A DNA stretch of 64,000 bases from Callorhinchus milii (taxonomy: Eukaryota), in the NCBI RefSeq assembly GCF_018977255.1, contig NW_024705135.1, positions 1 through 64,000 of the forward strand, written 5' to 3'. The notes under the pieces were generated by a model. That model saw nothing but the letters and a program-made list of their open reading frames with translations. It searched no databases and was not told the origin of the DNA. Within the stretch, counting starts at the first letter, position 1, and the number at the start of each line of letters is the position of its first letter. Shown piece after piece: positions 17,701-29,945 of this stretch. A program made the position numbers and the translations under genes.

Positions 17701-20700
17701 CTTAATGACTCAGTCACTGCTGCCAAATGCACTCCCTCCCTCCCCACCGGGTACACATTGAGCGAGAGAGAGCGAGAGCGAGAGAGAGGAGAGAGAGAGA
17801 GCTCAGCACAGCAATAAAACTTGACTTAACAAACCGCACTATGTGCTGATAACACAACTCACTCACACGCACAGCTTTCCGCTCCCAGCCAGTGCTCGCG
17901 TGTGATTTGTCTGTGGTTGTCTGTGCAAAAATAGTGGGGGGAAGAGACAGACGCACACTGAGAGCGAGAGACACACAGTGAGAGAGATACAAACACACAC
18001 ACACATAGTGAGAGAGACACACACAGTGAGAGAGAGTCACACACACAGTGAGAGAGACACACACACAGTGAGAGAGACACACACACAGTGAGAGAGACAC
18101 ACACAGTGAGAGAGACACACACAGTGAGAGAGACACACACAGTGAGAGAGACACACACACAGTGAGACATAGTGACACACACACACACAGAGTGAGACAG
18201 AGAGTGACACACACACACACACAGAGTGAGATAGAAGCACACACATAGACAGAGAGTAAATGTGCCTCTGTGAGTGTGCCTCGCTCACACTTACACACAC
18301 ACACACACAGGTAACACTGTGTGAGACAGAGAGAGAGATACACACACACACACACACACACACGTGTTACACTGTGTGAGTCACTATTGAAATATACTGA
18401 CTGTCACCTCAGGGTGCTTTAATATATCTCAAACAGCTACGGATGTTCCAGGAGATTTGATAGTTAAGTGGTTAAGAGCAGCTTTTCTGGGTGGGCAGAG
18501 GTTCGCTTCTGATGTCCATTATCTCTCTCTCTCTGCAAACAGCCTGTGAAGGGCGGGGGCTCTCTCTGGGGCCAGGGGAGGGTGAGGCCAGAAACTCATC
18601 AAAGAAAGATGTGACTTTGGAACAGTTGGAGATGTGTAGAGGGTCAGCACTGCCCCAGTGGAATCCATATCCATTCGACTGTATCTATGTCTAGTGCACA
18701 GGGGGGAGGGAATTTATCTCCAGTAATAAGTGACCATTAAGTACAGCTTGAGTGTATGCTGTGTGATAAATATTTGAATTATATCAACAACAACAAAAGT
18801 ACATTCATGGAGCGCCATATAGATGTGTTGTATTGTTATTGTGTTGTTATATGTAGTATAATTTAATTACAGATTGTTAAACCTTTCATCTTATGCAATA
18901 AATGCTATACTCTTACCACCGCCTGTCGAATTATTAACAACACACACCCAACCAGTAATATTCACAGACAGCCCGGGGCGGACAGGCAGGTATCTGTTAG
19001 TCTGTCCCTCACTACAAACACAGTTAGTGGCCAGAAACCACATCCTGGAGTTTAAAGAAGTGAAAAACAGAATGACCTCCATGGGAGGCAGAGAGCGTGC
19101 GGGAGAGAGAGAGAGAGACAGATACGCACACGCACACACCAAGAGATAGAGAGAGAAACATATAAACACACACACAGTGAGAGAGCAAGAGAGATACACA
19201 GAGAAAGACACACACACACACACACACACAGAGTGCGAGAGAGACACACAGACATACAGAGAGAGAGAGAGAGAGAAAGAGACACACACTGTGAGACAAA
19301 CACACACAGACTGAGAGACACACACAAAGTGTGAGACAGAGAGAGAGAGACACACACACACACACACTTACATAGCTTTGCTCATCTCGGTCAGTGTGTG
19401 GGTCAGGGCTGGTCACTGGTTACCTTAACAACTCGCTAACTTTCACAGTTGGCTTCCAGTGCAGGAAACAAATTAACTGACAATCAACTTATTTAGTGAC
19501 AGATATTATTCGTCTAATTAACTACTAGTTAGTGAGCAAACTAAAGAATCGCACGCGCTTTCTTCTTTCTTACTCTTTCTCTATGTCTTTTACCTCTCTC
19601 CCTCTCTTTCTGTTTCTCTCTCTCTCTCTCTCTCTCTCACTGCTTCTCTCTCTGGCTCTCCTCTCTCACTCTCTCCGCGAGCCAAGAGCTTCCACAATCC
19701 AATCACTTATGATTTCCTTGTTCAGCATTTGGAAACGTTCCAATAAACGCAGCCCGGGGCAACAGCTCAATAATTAAACTTACTGGGTCAGCACACAGCC
19801 AGCGTGAGCGTGCGTGTGTGTGTGTGTGAGAGTGTGTGAGTGCACAAGAGTGTGAGTGTGTACAAGAGTGTGTGAGTTTCTGTACGTGCATGTGTGTGCG
19901 CACCAGTGCGTGTGTGTGTTTGTGCATGTGTGTGCGCGCATACAAGTGTGTGTGTGTGTGTGTGTGTGAGTGCGTGGTTGGTGCAATCACTTTATATCAA
20001 AGTGGTCGAGCCTTCAACCTCTCTGACCCCATCCTGTGGCTCTCCATCCCACAGTCCCTCCGTCTCTCTCCCTCCCTCCCTCGCCTCCTGCAAGGCCCGT
20101 CTCAAGACCCTCCTCTTCGACCTCCTCCCCTGGCTCGGTGTCAGGCTCCGCCAAAGTTAAACTGTCCGAGACGCCGCCACACCTCAATGCAAGTTGATAA
20201 CAATCCACGACTGTTTGTGGGGACGTCGCTGTGCGCAAGTGGCTGCCGCGTTTCGCCCACAAAACACACAGTCTCTACACTTTATGGTTACATACTGTGA
20301 AGCGCTCTCAAAGACGTGATCAGGCGCTGTATCAAATGCAAGGATTACTATTATTATTGATAATAAGGTCCGAGAAGAAACTGAACCCCATTTCCCCCCA
20401 TTGCACCTCTCCACCCCCCGCCTCGCTCCCCATCTCACCCTCTCCCGGTTGAGGTCTCTCTCCTGGTCAGGTGGGAATGTCCGGCATTTCTCCGGGTGGA
20501 TGCGGAGAGTCCATTACAGATGGCGAGGCGGCCTGGCAGGGACGACACACAGTGCGAAGCTGCCACGGAGAGAGAGAGAGATTTCATATAGAGATATAAT
20601 CGGCTGCCGCGTTTCGCCCACAAAACACACAGTCACTACACTTTACAGTGCCTCCTGTGAAGCGCTTTGAGACGTCTCGATGACGTGATCAGGCGCCGGG

Positions 20701-23700
20701 TCAGACACCAGGATTGAGATGTTGGTGACGATGGTGATAATAATAACAAGTGTGACCCAACCCCTCAGCACACAGGATACACTGTAAACAACAACAACAA
20801 GATTGCATTTATAGAGCGCCTTTCACGTCGGGATGAGGTCCCAAGGCGCTGGACAGTTGGGTCGGGACCCGAGCATTGGGGGGAAATGGTCAGGGGGAGG
20901 GAAGGGAGGGGGCGAGGAGGGGGAAATGGTCAGGGGAAGCGGAGGGAAGGGAGGGGGCGAGGAGGGGGAAGAGAGTCGAGAGGGAGCTGAAGGCACAGTC
21001 AAAAAGAAAGGTCTTGAGACCGGCCTTGAAGGAGGAAAGGGAGAAAGGGGCGAAGGCACTGGGGATAGAGTTCCACAGCCTCGGGGCTGAGAGGCTGAAG
21101 GCCACTGATGGTCGGGCGGTTGGGGCGGGGGATGTGGAGCAGACCGGAGCCAGAGGGACGGATGGTACGGGGGGGTACGTGGGGGGATAGTAGGTCAGAG
21201 AGGTAGGAGGGAGTGAGGCCGTGAATGGCCTTGTAGGTGAGGATGAGGATCTTGAACTCGATCCTCTGGGGGATGGGGAGCAGTGGAGGCGAGCGAGGGT
21301 GAGGGTGAAGGTGAGGGCGAGGGCGAGGGTGATGTGGTCGCGGTGTCTGGTGCGGGTCAGTACACGAGCTGCAGAGTTCTGGATGACCTGCAGTGTGGAG
21401 GGAGGGCCGGGAAGGCCGACGAGGAGAGCGTTCCCATAGTCCGGCCTTGAGGTGATAAAGGTGTGGACCAGAGTTTCAGCCGCGTGAGGGGTGAGGTAGT
21501 GCCGTAGTCTGCGATGTTCTGGAGGTGATGGAAGGCGGTGCCAGTTGTGGCGCAGATATGAGGGAGAAAGGGTCGAGGGGAACCCTGAGATTCCTGATGT
21601 CTTTGAGAGGTGGAGAGTGCGGCCTTGGATGCTGATGGTGTCGGCGCCTGAGGTGCGGAGACGCTGACGTGAGCCGATCAGGAGGGCCTCAGTTTTGCGC
21701 CCGTTGAGCTGAAGTTGTCTCTCTAAAGTGTAGTGACTGTGTATTTTTTTTGTGGGCAAAATACAGCAGCCAATTGCACCCAACGACGTCCCCACAAACA
21801 GTTGTGGTTTGAGCGACCAAATTATTATTTTGTTTTAAAAGGATTATTACCGGCCAAGTGCGAGGAAGTCATGGACTTCTTTTCATCTAAAATACACAAC
21901 ATCCGCCAGGCAGCCTCATCCACCTGCCTCTTGTTACCCACTACCACACCCTCTCTGTCCCCCTCACCCTCCCCATCATCTGTTCCTACCACCACCCCCA
22001 TCCTACATTCCTTCCTCCCCATCTCTCCCTCCTCCCTCTCACCCACCATCACCTCCATGAAACCCACCACCTGCCGCCTCGACCCCCTCTCACCAACTTG
22101 CTGGTCACCCAGCTCCCCCTCCTCTGCCCACTCATCAATCAGTCCCTGCCCCCCTCAAAACTGCTGTCATCACCCCCCTCCTCAAAAAACCTTCACTAGA
22201 TCCCTCAAACCCCAGCCACTGCCGTTCTATTTCAAACCTGCCCTTCCTCGCCAAAGTCCTAGACCGCGTTGTTGCCAATCAACTCCGCGCACACCTCTCC
22301 TCCCACTCCCTCTTTGAACCCCTCCAGTCCGGTTTCCGCCCACAGTACAGAGACTGCGCTTGTGAAAGTCTCAAACGACATCCTCTCTATCTGTGACCGG
22401 GGCTCCCTCTGTCTCCTTGTCCTTCTGGACCTCTCCGCCGCTTTCGACACAGTCTATCAGGCCATCCTCCTCCACCGCCTTTCCTCCGTCGTCCACCTCA
22501 GTGTGACTGCACTCGCCCGGTTCGAGTCCTACCTCACAAACCGCCAGCAGTACATCTGCACAAATGGCTTCTCCTCCCGCTCTTACCCGGTCATCTGCGG
22601 GTACCCCAAGGATCCATCCTTGGCCCCTTCCTCCTCCTCATGCTCCCTCTTGGGGATGTCATCCGCAGACATGGCGTACATTTCCACATGTATGCAGACA
22701 ACACCCAACATTTTTCCACCTCGCTTTGCACCCCCCAGTTCCTCCTCTACTCTCAACTCCACGACCACCGATGTCCTGACAGCTGCCTGTCCGACATCGA
22801 GTCCTGGACAAGAGACAACTTTCTTCAGCTCAACGTACGCAAAACTGAGGCCCTCCTGATTGGCTCACGTCAGCGCCTCCGCACCTCAGGCGCTGACACC
22901 ATCAGCATCCAAGGCTGCACTCTCCACCTCTCAAAGCCATCAGGAACCTCGGGGTTCTGTTCGACCCTGAGCTGTCCTTTCTCCCTCACATCCGCACCAC
23001 AACTGGCACCGCCTTCCATCACCTCCGGAACATCGCCAGACTACGGCATTACCTCACCCCTCACGCGGCTGAAACCCTGGTCCACGCCTTTGTCACCTCA
23101 AGGCTGGACTATGGGAACTCTCTCCTCGTCGGCCTTCCCGCCACCTCCCTCCACACTGCAGGTCATTCAGAACTCTGCAGCTCGTGTACTGTCCCGCACC
23201 AGACACCGCGCCCACATCACTCCCACCCTCACCCTCGCCCTCGCTCGCCTCCACTGGCTCCCCATCCCCCAGAGGATTGCTTTCAAGATCCTCATCCTCA
23301 CCTACAAGGCCATTCACGGCCTCGCTCCCTCCTACCTCTCCAACCTACTATCCCCCTACCTACCTGCCCGTACCCTCCGTTCCTCTGGCTCTGGTCTGCT
23401 CCACGTCCCCCGCCCCAACCACCCTACCATCGGTGGTCGGGCCTTCAGCCTCTCAGCCCCGAGGCTCTGGAACTCCATCCCCAGTGCCTTCGCCGCTTCC
23501 TCCCTTTCCTCCTTCAAGGCTGGTCTCAAAACCTTTCTCTTTGACCGTGCCTTCAGCTCCCTCTCGACTCTCTTCCCCCTCCTCGCTCCCTCCCTTCCCT
23601 CCCCTCACCCTGACCATTTCCCGCCTCCTCGCTCCCTCCCTTCCCTCCCTCACCCTGACCATTTCCCCCCTCCTCGCTCCCTCCCTTCCCTCCCCTCACC

Positions 23701-26700
23701 CTGACCATTTCCCCCCCTGCTCGGATCATGACCCAACTGTGCAGCGCCTTGGGACGTCCTCCTGACGTGAAAGGCGCTTTATAAATGGAATCTTGTTGTT
23801 GTTGTTGTTGTTGATGTTCTGCCTGTCAGACCTCAGGGGATGGATGAGCGCAAACTTCCTTCAGCTGAACGTTGACAAGACGGAAGCCATACTCTTTGGC
23901 TCTCGTCAACGTCTAAAATCTCACGGTTTCTCACCTCCTCCACCTACCCGACCTCCCCCTAAAACTCTCCGAACCTGTACGCAACCGCGGCGTCAGCTTG
24001 GACCCCCAATTATCCTTCCTCCCCCACATCCGGTCCCTCACCAGCACCGCTTTCTTCCACCTCCAATGCATCGTCCGTCTCCGACAATACCTCACTTCAA
24101 AAGCCACTGAAACCCTGGTCCAGGCCTTGTCACCTCTCAGCTGCACTACTCCAATGCCCTCCTCCTCCCCTCCACCACCATCCGTAAAATCCAAATCATT
24201 CAAAACTCTGCGCCCACATTCTCACCCGCACCAATTCCGCTCCCCGATCCCCCCAGTCCTGGCCCTCCACCCCACCCCCAAACCCCGCTCCCCCCAGTCC
24301 TGGTCAGACTGCACTGGCTCCTGTCCCAGAGAGGATCGACTTCAAGATCCTCACCTTTGTATTCAAGTCCCTGCACTCCTCTGCACCCCCCGACCTCTCT
24401 GACCTCCTCTCTCCTCGTTGCCTTTGTTCCTCCGGGTCTGGCCTCCTCCTCGTCCCCCGAGTCCTCCGCTTCACCCTCGGCGGCCATGCCTTCAGCCACT
24501 ACGCCCCGAAGCTCTGGAACTCCTTTCCCCTCGCCCCTCTCTTCCTATTTTCAGGTCTCTGCTGAAGACCTTTCTTCTCGATAGCGCCTTTGGTCACCTA
24601 ACAAGCGGGTTCCTACTTACTGAGGTGTCTGTGTGGGTGGGTGGGGGGCAGGGGTGGTGGGGGAGTAAGGAAACTTGCCTAAGGTTTCGCTCTGACCTGA
24701 CCCACCTGGGAATCGAACCCAAGTCCTCTGGCTCGCGAGGCGAGGGGTCTAACCCCTGAGCTACAGGGGCTGTGGGGTGCGAGGCGAGGGGTCTAACCCC
24801 TGAGCTACAGGGGCTGTGGGGTGTGAGGCGAGGGGTCTAACCCCTGAGCTACAGGGACTGTGGGGTGTGAGGAGGGGTCTAACCCTTGAGCTACAGGGGC
24901 TGTGGGGTGTGAGGCGAGGGGTCTAACCCCTGAGCTACAGGGGCTGTGGGGTGTGAGGAGGAGTCTAACCCCTGAGCTACAGGGGCTGTGGGGTGCGAGG
25001 GGAGGGGTCTAACCCATGAGCTACAGGGACTGTGGGGTGCGAGGGGAGGGGTCTAACCCATGAGCTTCAGGACTCCTGATGGTGATGATGATGGTGATGA
25101 TGAAGGTACCTCTGGTGGGAGTTTTCTTGCCGAGGGCGGCACACTGCTCCTCGGTGACAGTCAGACGCCTGACCACATCGGCCAGGGCGGCCCTCAGCAC
25201 CTGGATCTCGTCCTCCTGCAGGTGCAGCCGCTGCTCCAGATAAGAGATTCGGTCGTCAACATCTCCATCGGGGCTGCTGGTCAGTGACACGNNNNNNNNN
25301 NNNNNNNNNNNNNNNNNNNNNNNNNNNNNNNNNNNNNNNNNNNNNNNNNNNNNNNNNNNNNNNNNNNNNNNNNNNNNNNNNNNNNNNNNNNNNNNNNNNN
25401 NNNNNNNNNNNNNNNNNNNNNNNNNNNNNNNNNNNNNNNNNNNNNNNNNNNNNNNNNNNNNNNNNNNNNNNNNNNNNNNNNNNNNNNNNNNNNNNNNNNN
25501 NNNNATCATCACCGACACCACCATCATCATCATCACCACCACCACCACCATCATAATCATCATCACCATCATTCATCATCACCATCAACATCATTAACAT
25601 CATCATTCATCATCATCGCCACCATCATCATCATTATCATCATCATCTCCATCAGGGCTGCTGGTCAGTGACATGCTCTTTCCTGTCAATATCAAGACAC
25701 ACACACACACTGTCCTCTGTCAACAACAAGTTCAACAACAAGACACACATAACGTCACAACAACAGCGTCTCTGACAAGTGTCTCCCCCCACCCCAGCAC
25801 TGCAGAGTCAGCCTCGACTGTGAGCTCCAAGTCCTTCAAAACCCACCACTTCCTGACTTTGAGGTGAGAGGGTGAGTGACTGAGCCACGGGCTGAGACAT
25901 CAGGACAACAGGAAGGGTTAAGTGGCTCAGGGACATTCTGTCACATCAGTTGCTGATCAGTCATATAGGGGAAGATTCCCCGGGGAACTGAAACTGGCGA
26001 GGATCGATGCAGTCACAAGATCGATGAGTGAGGAGAATTGAAGGTCTGGCAATGTTCCAAGAACTCACCAGTTCCAATCAGCAGATTTATTATTTACTGT
26101 GTAAATCTTTCCTCAAATCCCAGCTTGTGGAGTCCCTGTAGCTCAGGGGTTAGACCCCTCCCCTCGCACCCCACAGCCCCTGTAGCTCAGGGGTTAGACC
26201 CCTCGCCCCCACCCCACAGCCCCTGTAGCTCAGGGGTTAGACCCCTCGCCTCACACCCCACAGCCCCTGTAGCTCAGGGGTTAGACCCCTCGCACCCCAC
26301 AGCCCCTGTAGCTTAGGGGTTAGACCCCTCGCCTCGCACCCCAGCCCCTTTAGCTCAGGGGTTAGACCCCTCGCCTCGCACCCCACAGCCCCTGTAGCTC
26401 AGGGGTTAGACCCTCGCCCCCCATCCCACAGCCCCTGTAGCTCAGGTGGTAGACCCCTCGCCTCGCACCCCACAGCCCCTGTAGCTCAGGGGTTAGACCC
26501 CTCGCCTCGCACCCCACAGCCCCTGTAGCTCAGGGGTTAGACCCCTCGCCTCACAAGCCAGAGGACCCGGGTTTGATTCCCGGGCGGGTCAGGTCAGGGC
26601 GAAACCTTAGGCAAGTTTCCTTACTCCCCCGCCGCCACACACACACACACACAGACACCTCAGTAAGTAGGAACCCGCTTGTTAGTGTATTCAGTGAAGC

Positions 26701-27966
26701 TTTGAGACATCCGTTCATGGTGATAGGACAGGACACATTGTTGACCAAAATAAATGCCCAAGGCAATCCTTGTGTACATTTTCTATTTGTCAGGTGTGTA
26801 AAGTGCTCTCTCTCTACTCCCTCCCCGGAGGGACACATCCTGTTCACCTAATTCTGGAGAGTATTGGGTGCAGTTGGCGAGAGCCAAGGCTTGCGGGGGT
26901 GGGGGAGCCCAGAGTGTGCGTTGGGGTAACTGCTGGAATCTAACCGGCTAAACCCACACACAGGTCGGCCATTGATAATAATAATCCTGGCATTTGATAC
27001 AGAGTCTTATCACGTCTTCGAGACATCTCAAAGCGCTTCACAGGATATATTGATATCACTATCTGGCAAGCTTTCCTGCTGTTTGGCCAACTAGGACAAC
27101 CTTATCATGAGGGCTTTGGCCTTACAGGATTACAGGAGCTGAGGGGGAGGATTCCCTGCCCTCAGTGACTGGTCGGCCCTTCCAGGTCCTGCCAATGAGC
27201 CGGGCCGGACTGCCATCAGCAGTGAGTGCCCCGGGACACTGCGGCCCCTCCTGGCTCAGGAACCGGGACTAGAGACCGGCACAGAGGGGGGGGCTCGATT
27301 CTGACATTCCACTGCCAGACTCGTCACCTTGGGGCCAGTTGAAAGAGAGAAATAAATTATTATTAATATCACCAAGAGCTTTCTCGATTGCTTTGATCGG
27401 TTCATTGATTGACAGGTGCCTGTCAGCGCAGGTAAAAGACTCGGGAGAGAAATTACACAAAAGCTGAAACAGCACCAATTTACCCCAGAGCATTTTAGAC
27501 AAAGTTATATAATAATCCTTGCATTTGGTACAGCGCCTTATCACATCATCGTGGACGACTCAAAGAGCTTCACAGAATATACCATAAAGCGTAGTAACTC
27601 TGTATTTGTATGGGCGAAACGCGGCAGCCAATTGCGCACAATTTTCCCACAAACAGTGGTAGATTGAGTGACCAAATTATTATTATTTTTGGTAACACAT
27701 GAACACGCCGATGCTCTCCTCCGCACTTCAAACCTCCAGGGACTGTCTGTCAAAGGTTGTATGAAATAAACAATGACATTTAAGTCATCCGTCGCATGAG
27801 AGAGAGAGAGAGAGGAGAGGGGTTTACACAGAGAGTAGACATTCCTTACGCCTCTCTCTCTCTCTTGGAACCATGAACCTTTCAAGAGCGCGTACTTACC
27901 AGTACAGAACTGCAGGAGAGAGCTGGTATCATAGAGTCCGACTAAGGCTGCCATTCTCTCAGTCAT
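7309..27966 (-). CDS. EML2: Echinoderm microtubule-associated protein-like 2, long isoform (N-terminal coiled coil, HELP motif, WD40/TAPE domain)
   Basis: Exons 5'->3': 27900-27966 ([21 protein letters not shown], resembling the EML2 long N-terminus), 25110-25291+ (5' end in gap; [21 protein letters not shown]), 20439-20559, 17377-17405, 16668-16797 (MFLRGRP..LKMDWV), 16246-16395 (YGYRGRDCR), 15721-15790, 15416-15520, 14500-14595, 13448-13582, 12939-13038, 12254-12408, 11554-11679, 10949-11080, 10555-10622, 10266-10354, 10044-10141, 9233-9320, 8808-8900, 8022-8152, 7309-7434 ([20 protein letters not shown]). Phases are consistent across all junctions that can be read. Confidence 0.92.
9490..9870. 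repeat. ~24-bp minisatellite (GAGGGAGGGGCGAGGGAAGGCGGT)n expanded inside an L2 3' fragment
   Basis: Tandem repeat flanked on both sides by L2-tail sequence. Confidence 0.85.
13590..14495. repeat. GA/GT-rich compound minisatellite filling an EML2 intron
   Basis: (GAGGGAGTGTGAGAGAGC)n variants. Confidence 0.9.
14850..15315 (-). mobile_element. CR1-type LINE 3' fragment
   Basis: [39 protein letters not shown] (CR1 ORF2 C-terminus), then the typical 3' UTR GGCCGAATGGCCGACTCCTGCTC and a short repeat tail. Confidence 0.85.
16396..16667 (-). other. U12-type (minor spliceosome) GT-AG intron in EML2
   Basis: 5' splice site GTATCCTTT; branch site ACCTTAAC (core 16406-16412) close to the terminal TAG; no polypyrimidine tract. 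Confidence 0.9.
19372..19385 (-). CDS. EML2: Putative alternative first coding exon of a short EML2 isoform (MSKAI-)
   Basis: GAG-ATG-AGC-AAA-GCT-AT|GTAAGT is a strong donor ending in phase 2, which matches the phase-2 acceptor of exon 17377-17405 (KHKEAVFS). It parallels the mammalian short EML2 first exon MSSFGAG. Inference only. Confidence 0.45.
20787..21722 (-). mobile_element. L2-clade LINE 3' fragment, inverted close copy of 22811-23816
   Basis: [43 protein letters not shown], with the same (TTG)n tail on the - strand. Confidence 0.88.
21850..23816 (+). mobile_element. L2-clade LINE, 5'-truncated and frameshifted (RT domain plus 3' tail)
   Basis: Broken frames give [59 protein letters not shown] and APRLWNSIP; ends in (TTG)n. 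Confidence 0.9.
23817..24598 (+). mobile_element. Older L2-like LINE fragment
   Basis: [42 protein letters not shown] and PKLWNS motifs in broken frames. Confidence 0.8.
24735..25070 (-). repeat. 44-bp SINE-head tandem array
   Basis: About 8 copies of the same unit, 5' of the SINE body at 24600-24735. Confidence 0.9.
25292..25504. other. Assembly gap (N run) hiding the 5' end of an EML2 exon
   Basis: Run of N. Confidence 0.99.
26130..26555 (+). repeat. 44-bp SINE-head tandem array
   Basis: About 10 copies of the same unit, followed by the SINE body to ~26686. Confidence 0.9.
26790..27340. mobile_element. Unclassified interspersed repeat family, interrupted here by a SINE tail
   Basis: The blocks CTAATTCTGGAGAGTA..GGAGCCCAGAGTGTGCGTTGGGGTAACTG..TAAACCCACAC and CCTTCCAGGTCCTGCC..GCCATCAGCAGTGAGTGC recur at ~16940-17285 and 38690-38955, and reverse-complemented at 48195-48410/48720-48990 and 58820-59200. 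Confidence 0.75.
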
Positions 27967-29923
27967 CACCCCCCCCTCTACCCCCTTTAACTCTCTGATC
28001 TTCCCAGTTTCCTCCGCAAATAAAGAGAAAAATCACACACACACACAAAAGCCTTTCGCTCTTTCCTGCACGCGCTCTCGTCCCCCCCCCACCCCCGTCT
28101 CTCTCTCTCTCTCCCTTATTTCCACTTTCTCAAGCCTCCTTTCTCCAGACTCCCGTCACCATAGCAACCCTGCTCAACCCAGCTCCTTTCCATCAGGAAT
28201 CATATGAATAGAGGTTAAAAAAAAAATGTCTTGCTCTCTCTGTCTGTGACTCTGCTCTCCCTGCAAAAAAAAAAAAAAAAATTCACGTTAGCATCGCTCT
28301 CATACCCTCTCTACTCAAAGCGATTCCCTGGGAGAGGATTCTTAATTAAATCCTACATTTTAAATGGGGGTCGGAGGGTTGGTCGGGGGAAATTCAGGAG
28401 TGGGGAAAAGCAGAATACATAAGTAATCGTTTAACGCTTGGCTCTCTCTCTCTCTCTCTTGATTACATCACACCTAAGCCATGATACAACCAATGCTGGT
28501 AGCAAAACTCAACCCTCTCTCGCTCTCTCACTCCGTCTGCAGGAACTCTGCACCTAAGGGGTAAATTTATACCAAGATTCAAACGTATTTCTTCACCCCC
28601 CCCCCCCCCCCACACATACACACACTATCTCTCCACCAATGGAACGTCTCTCTCTTTCGTTCTCTCCGCAAAGCAAAACCAACTGGCAAACTGACTGATG
28701 CGAAATCGGATTACACCCAAAAATGACCTGACTTGATATATATATTCTTGTGATAAGTTGCACCGAGCTATGCGTTTTATTGCCAACTGTTTGTGAAGGA
28801 GGGTAGATGTAGTCTTTTGCTAGGCTAACTGTTTCGAACACCCGGGTAAGTAATAATAATAATAAACCTCACATTTGATATCGCGCCTTATCACGTCGTC
28901 GAGACGTCTCAAAGCCTTCACAGGATACACTGTTAAGTGTAGTGACTGTGTGTTCTGTGGGCAAAACATGGCAGCCAATTGTACACAGCGATGTCCCTAC
29001 AGTTATGGATTGACTAACCAAATTTTTTTTTCTATTTGAAGGATTACCCCAAAAAAGCGATCCGCCAATCGACTAACTAGCGAGGTCCCACTAATTGCTC
29101 GGCAAACAGAGGTGTGTGTGTGTGTGTGGAGTAAGGAAACTTGCCGAAGGTTGATTTTCTGTGGCAATGTTGGATACCAATAACTTCCTCACTCACTCCA
29201 TCCATATTACGGAAGATGTGACACCGAACATGGTGATGGATCATTAACTGCCCTGAAAATGACGGCTCTCTCACAAATCCTCAGGACGTCTAAATACAAT
29301 TGTACTGAATACAATAAAGTCAACTTCTAACTACAATTGTCATCATTCTTCCAATTTCAGTTAATAATAATCCTTGCATTTGATATAGCACTTTTCATGT
29401 CTTCTCGACGTTTCAAAGCGCTTCACAGAATAGACTGTAAAGTGAATTGACTGTATATTTGTGGGCAAAATGCTGCAGCCAATTGCGAACAGCAGCGTCT
29501 GTCCCACAAACAGTCGTGGATTGAAGTGACCAACTTTTATTTTTTTTTTCAGGGATTACTATCAGGCATGTGGACTAACGAAACTTGCCCAATGTTTCAC
29601 ACTGCCAGGAATCGAACCCAGGTCTCTCGCTTGAAAGGCGAGTGCTCTAACCAGAGCTACAGGACTCCAGCTGTTGGGTCAGTACTGTAGAAACAAATGT
29701 GGGCGTAACAGGACCCGTATGAGTAGGGCAGAGGTGATCGTAGGCATGGTCGATGAGGAAGGTCTTCAGGTGCGACGTGAAGATAGAAGGAAGGGGGAGG
29801 GATAGAGAGGAGGGAGCATGAAGGAGAATACCAAGACAAGCCCCAAGTCTGACACTGAGCCACCGAGATGCCTCAGCGATTGAGAGGAGTAAAATCACAG
29901 TGCACAGCCGGTTACAAAAACAT

Positions 29924-29929
29924 TTTATT
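29924..29929 (-). terminator. SNRPA polyadenylation signal AATAAA
   Basis: TTTATT on + strand, immediately downstream of the PIE and followed by U/GU-rich sequence. Confidence 0.8.
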
Positions 29930-29945
29930 CTCAGATACAAAGTTG

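Noticed and set aside
18917-19011. Possible EML2 exon ([13 protein letters not shown]..)
   Set aside because: No donor gives the phase-2 end needed to join exon 17377-17405, and homology is unconvincing.
22640-23704. 354-aa ORF as an intact or domesticated reverse transcriptase
   Set aside because: Multiple frameshifts, YADD degenerated to YADN, and 5' truncation mark it as a dead L2 copy.
26130-26555. Regularly spaced repeats resembling a CRISPR array (also 59201-59530)
   Set aside because: Head-to-tail units with no unique spacers, no cas genes, and a eukaryotic context.
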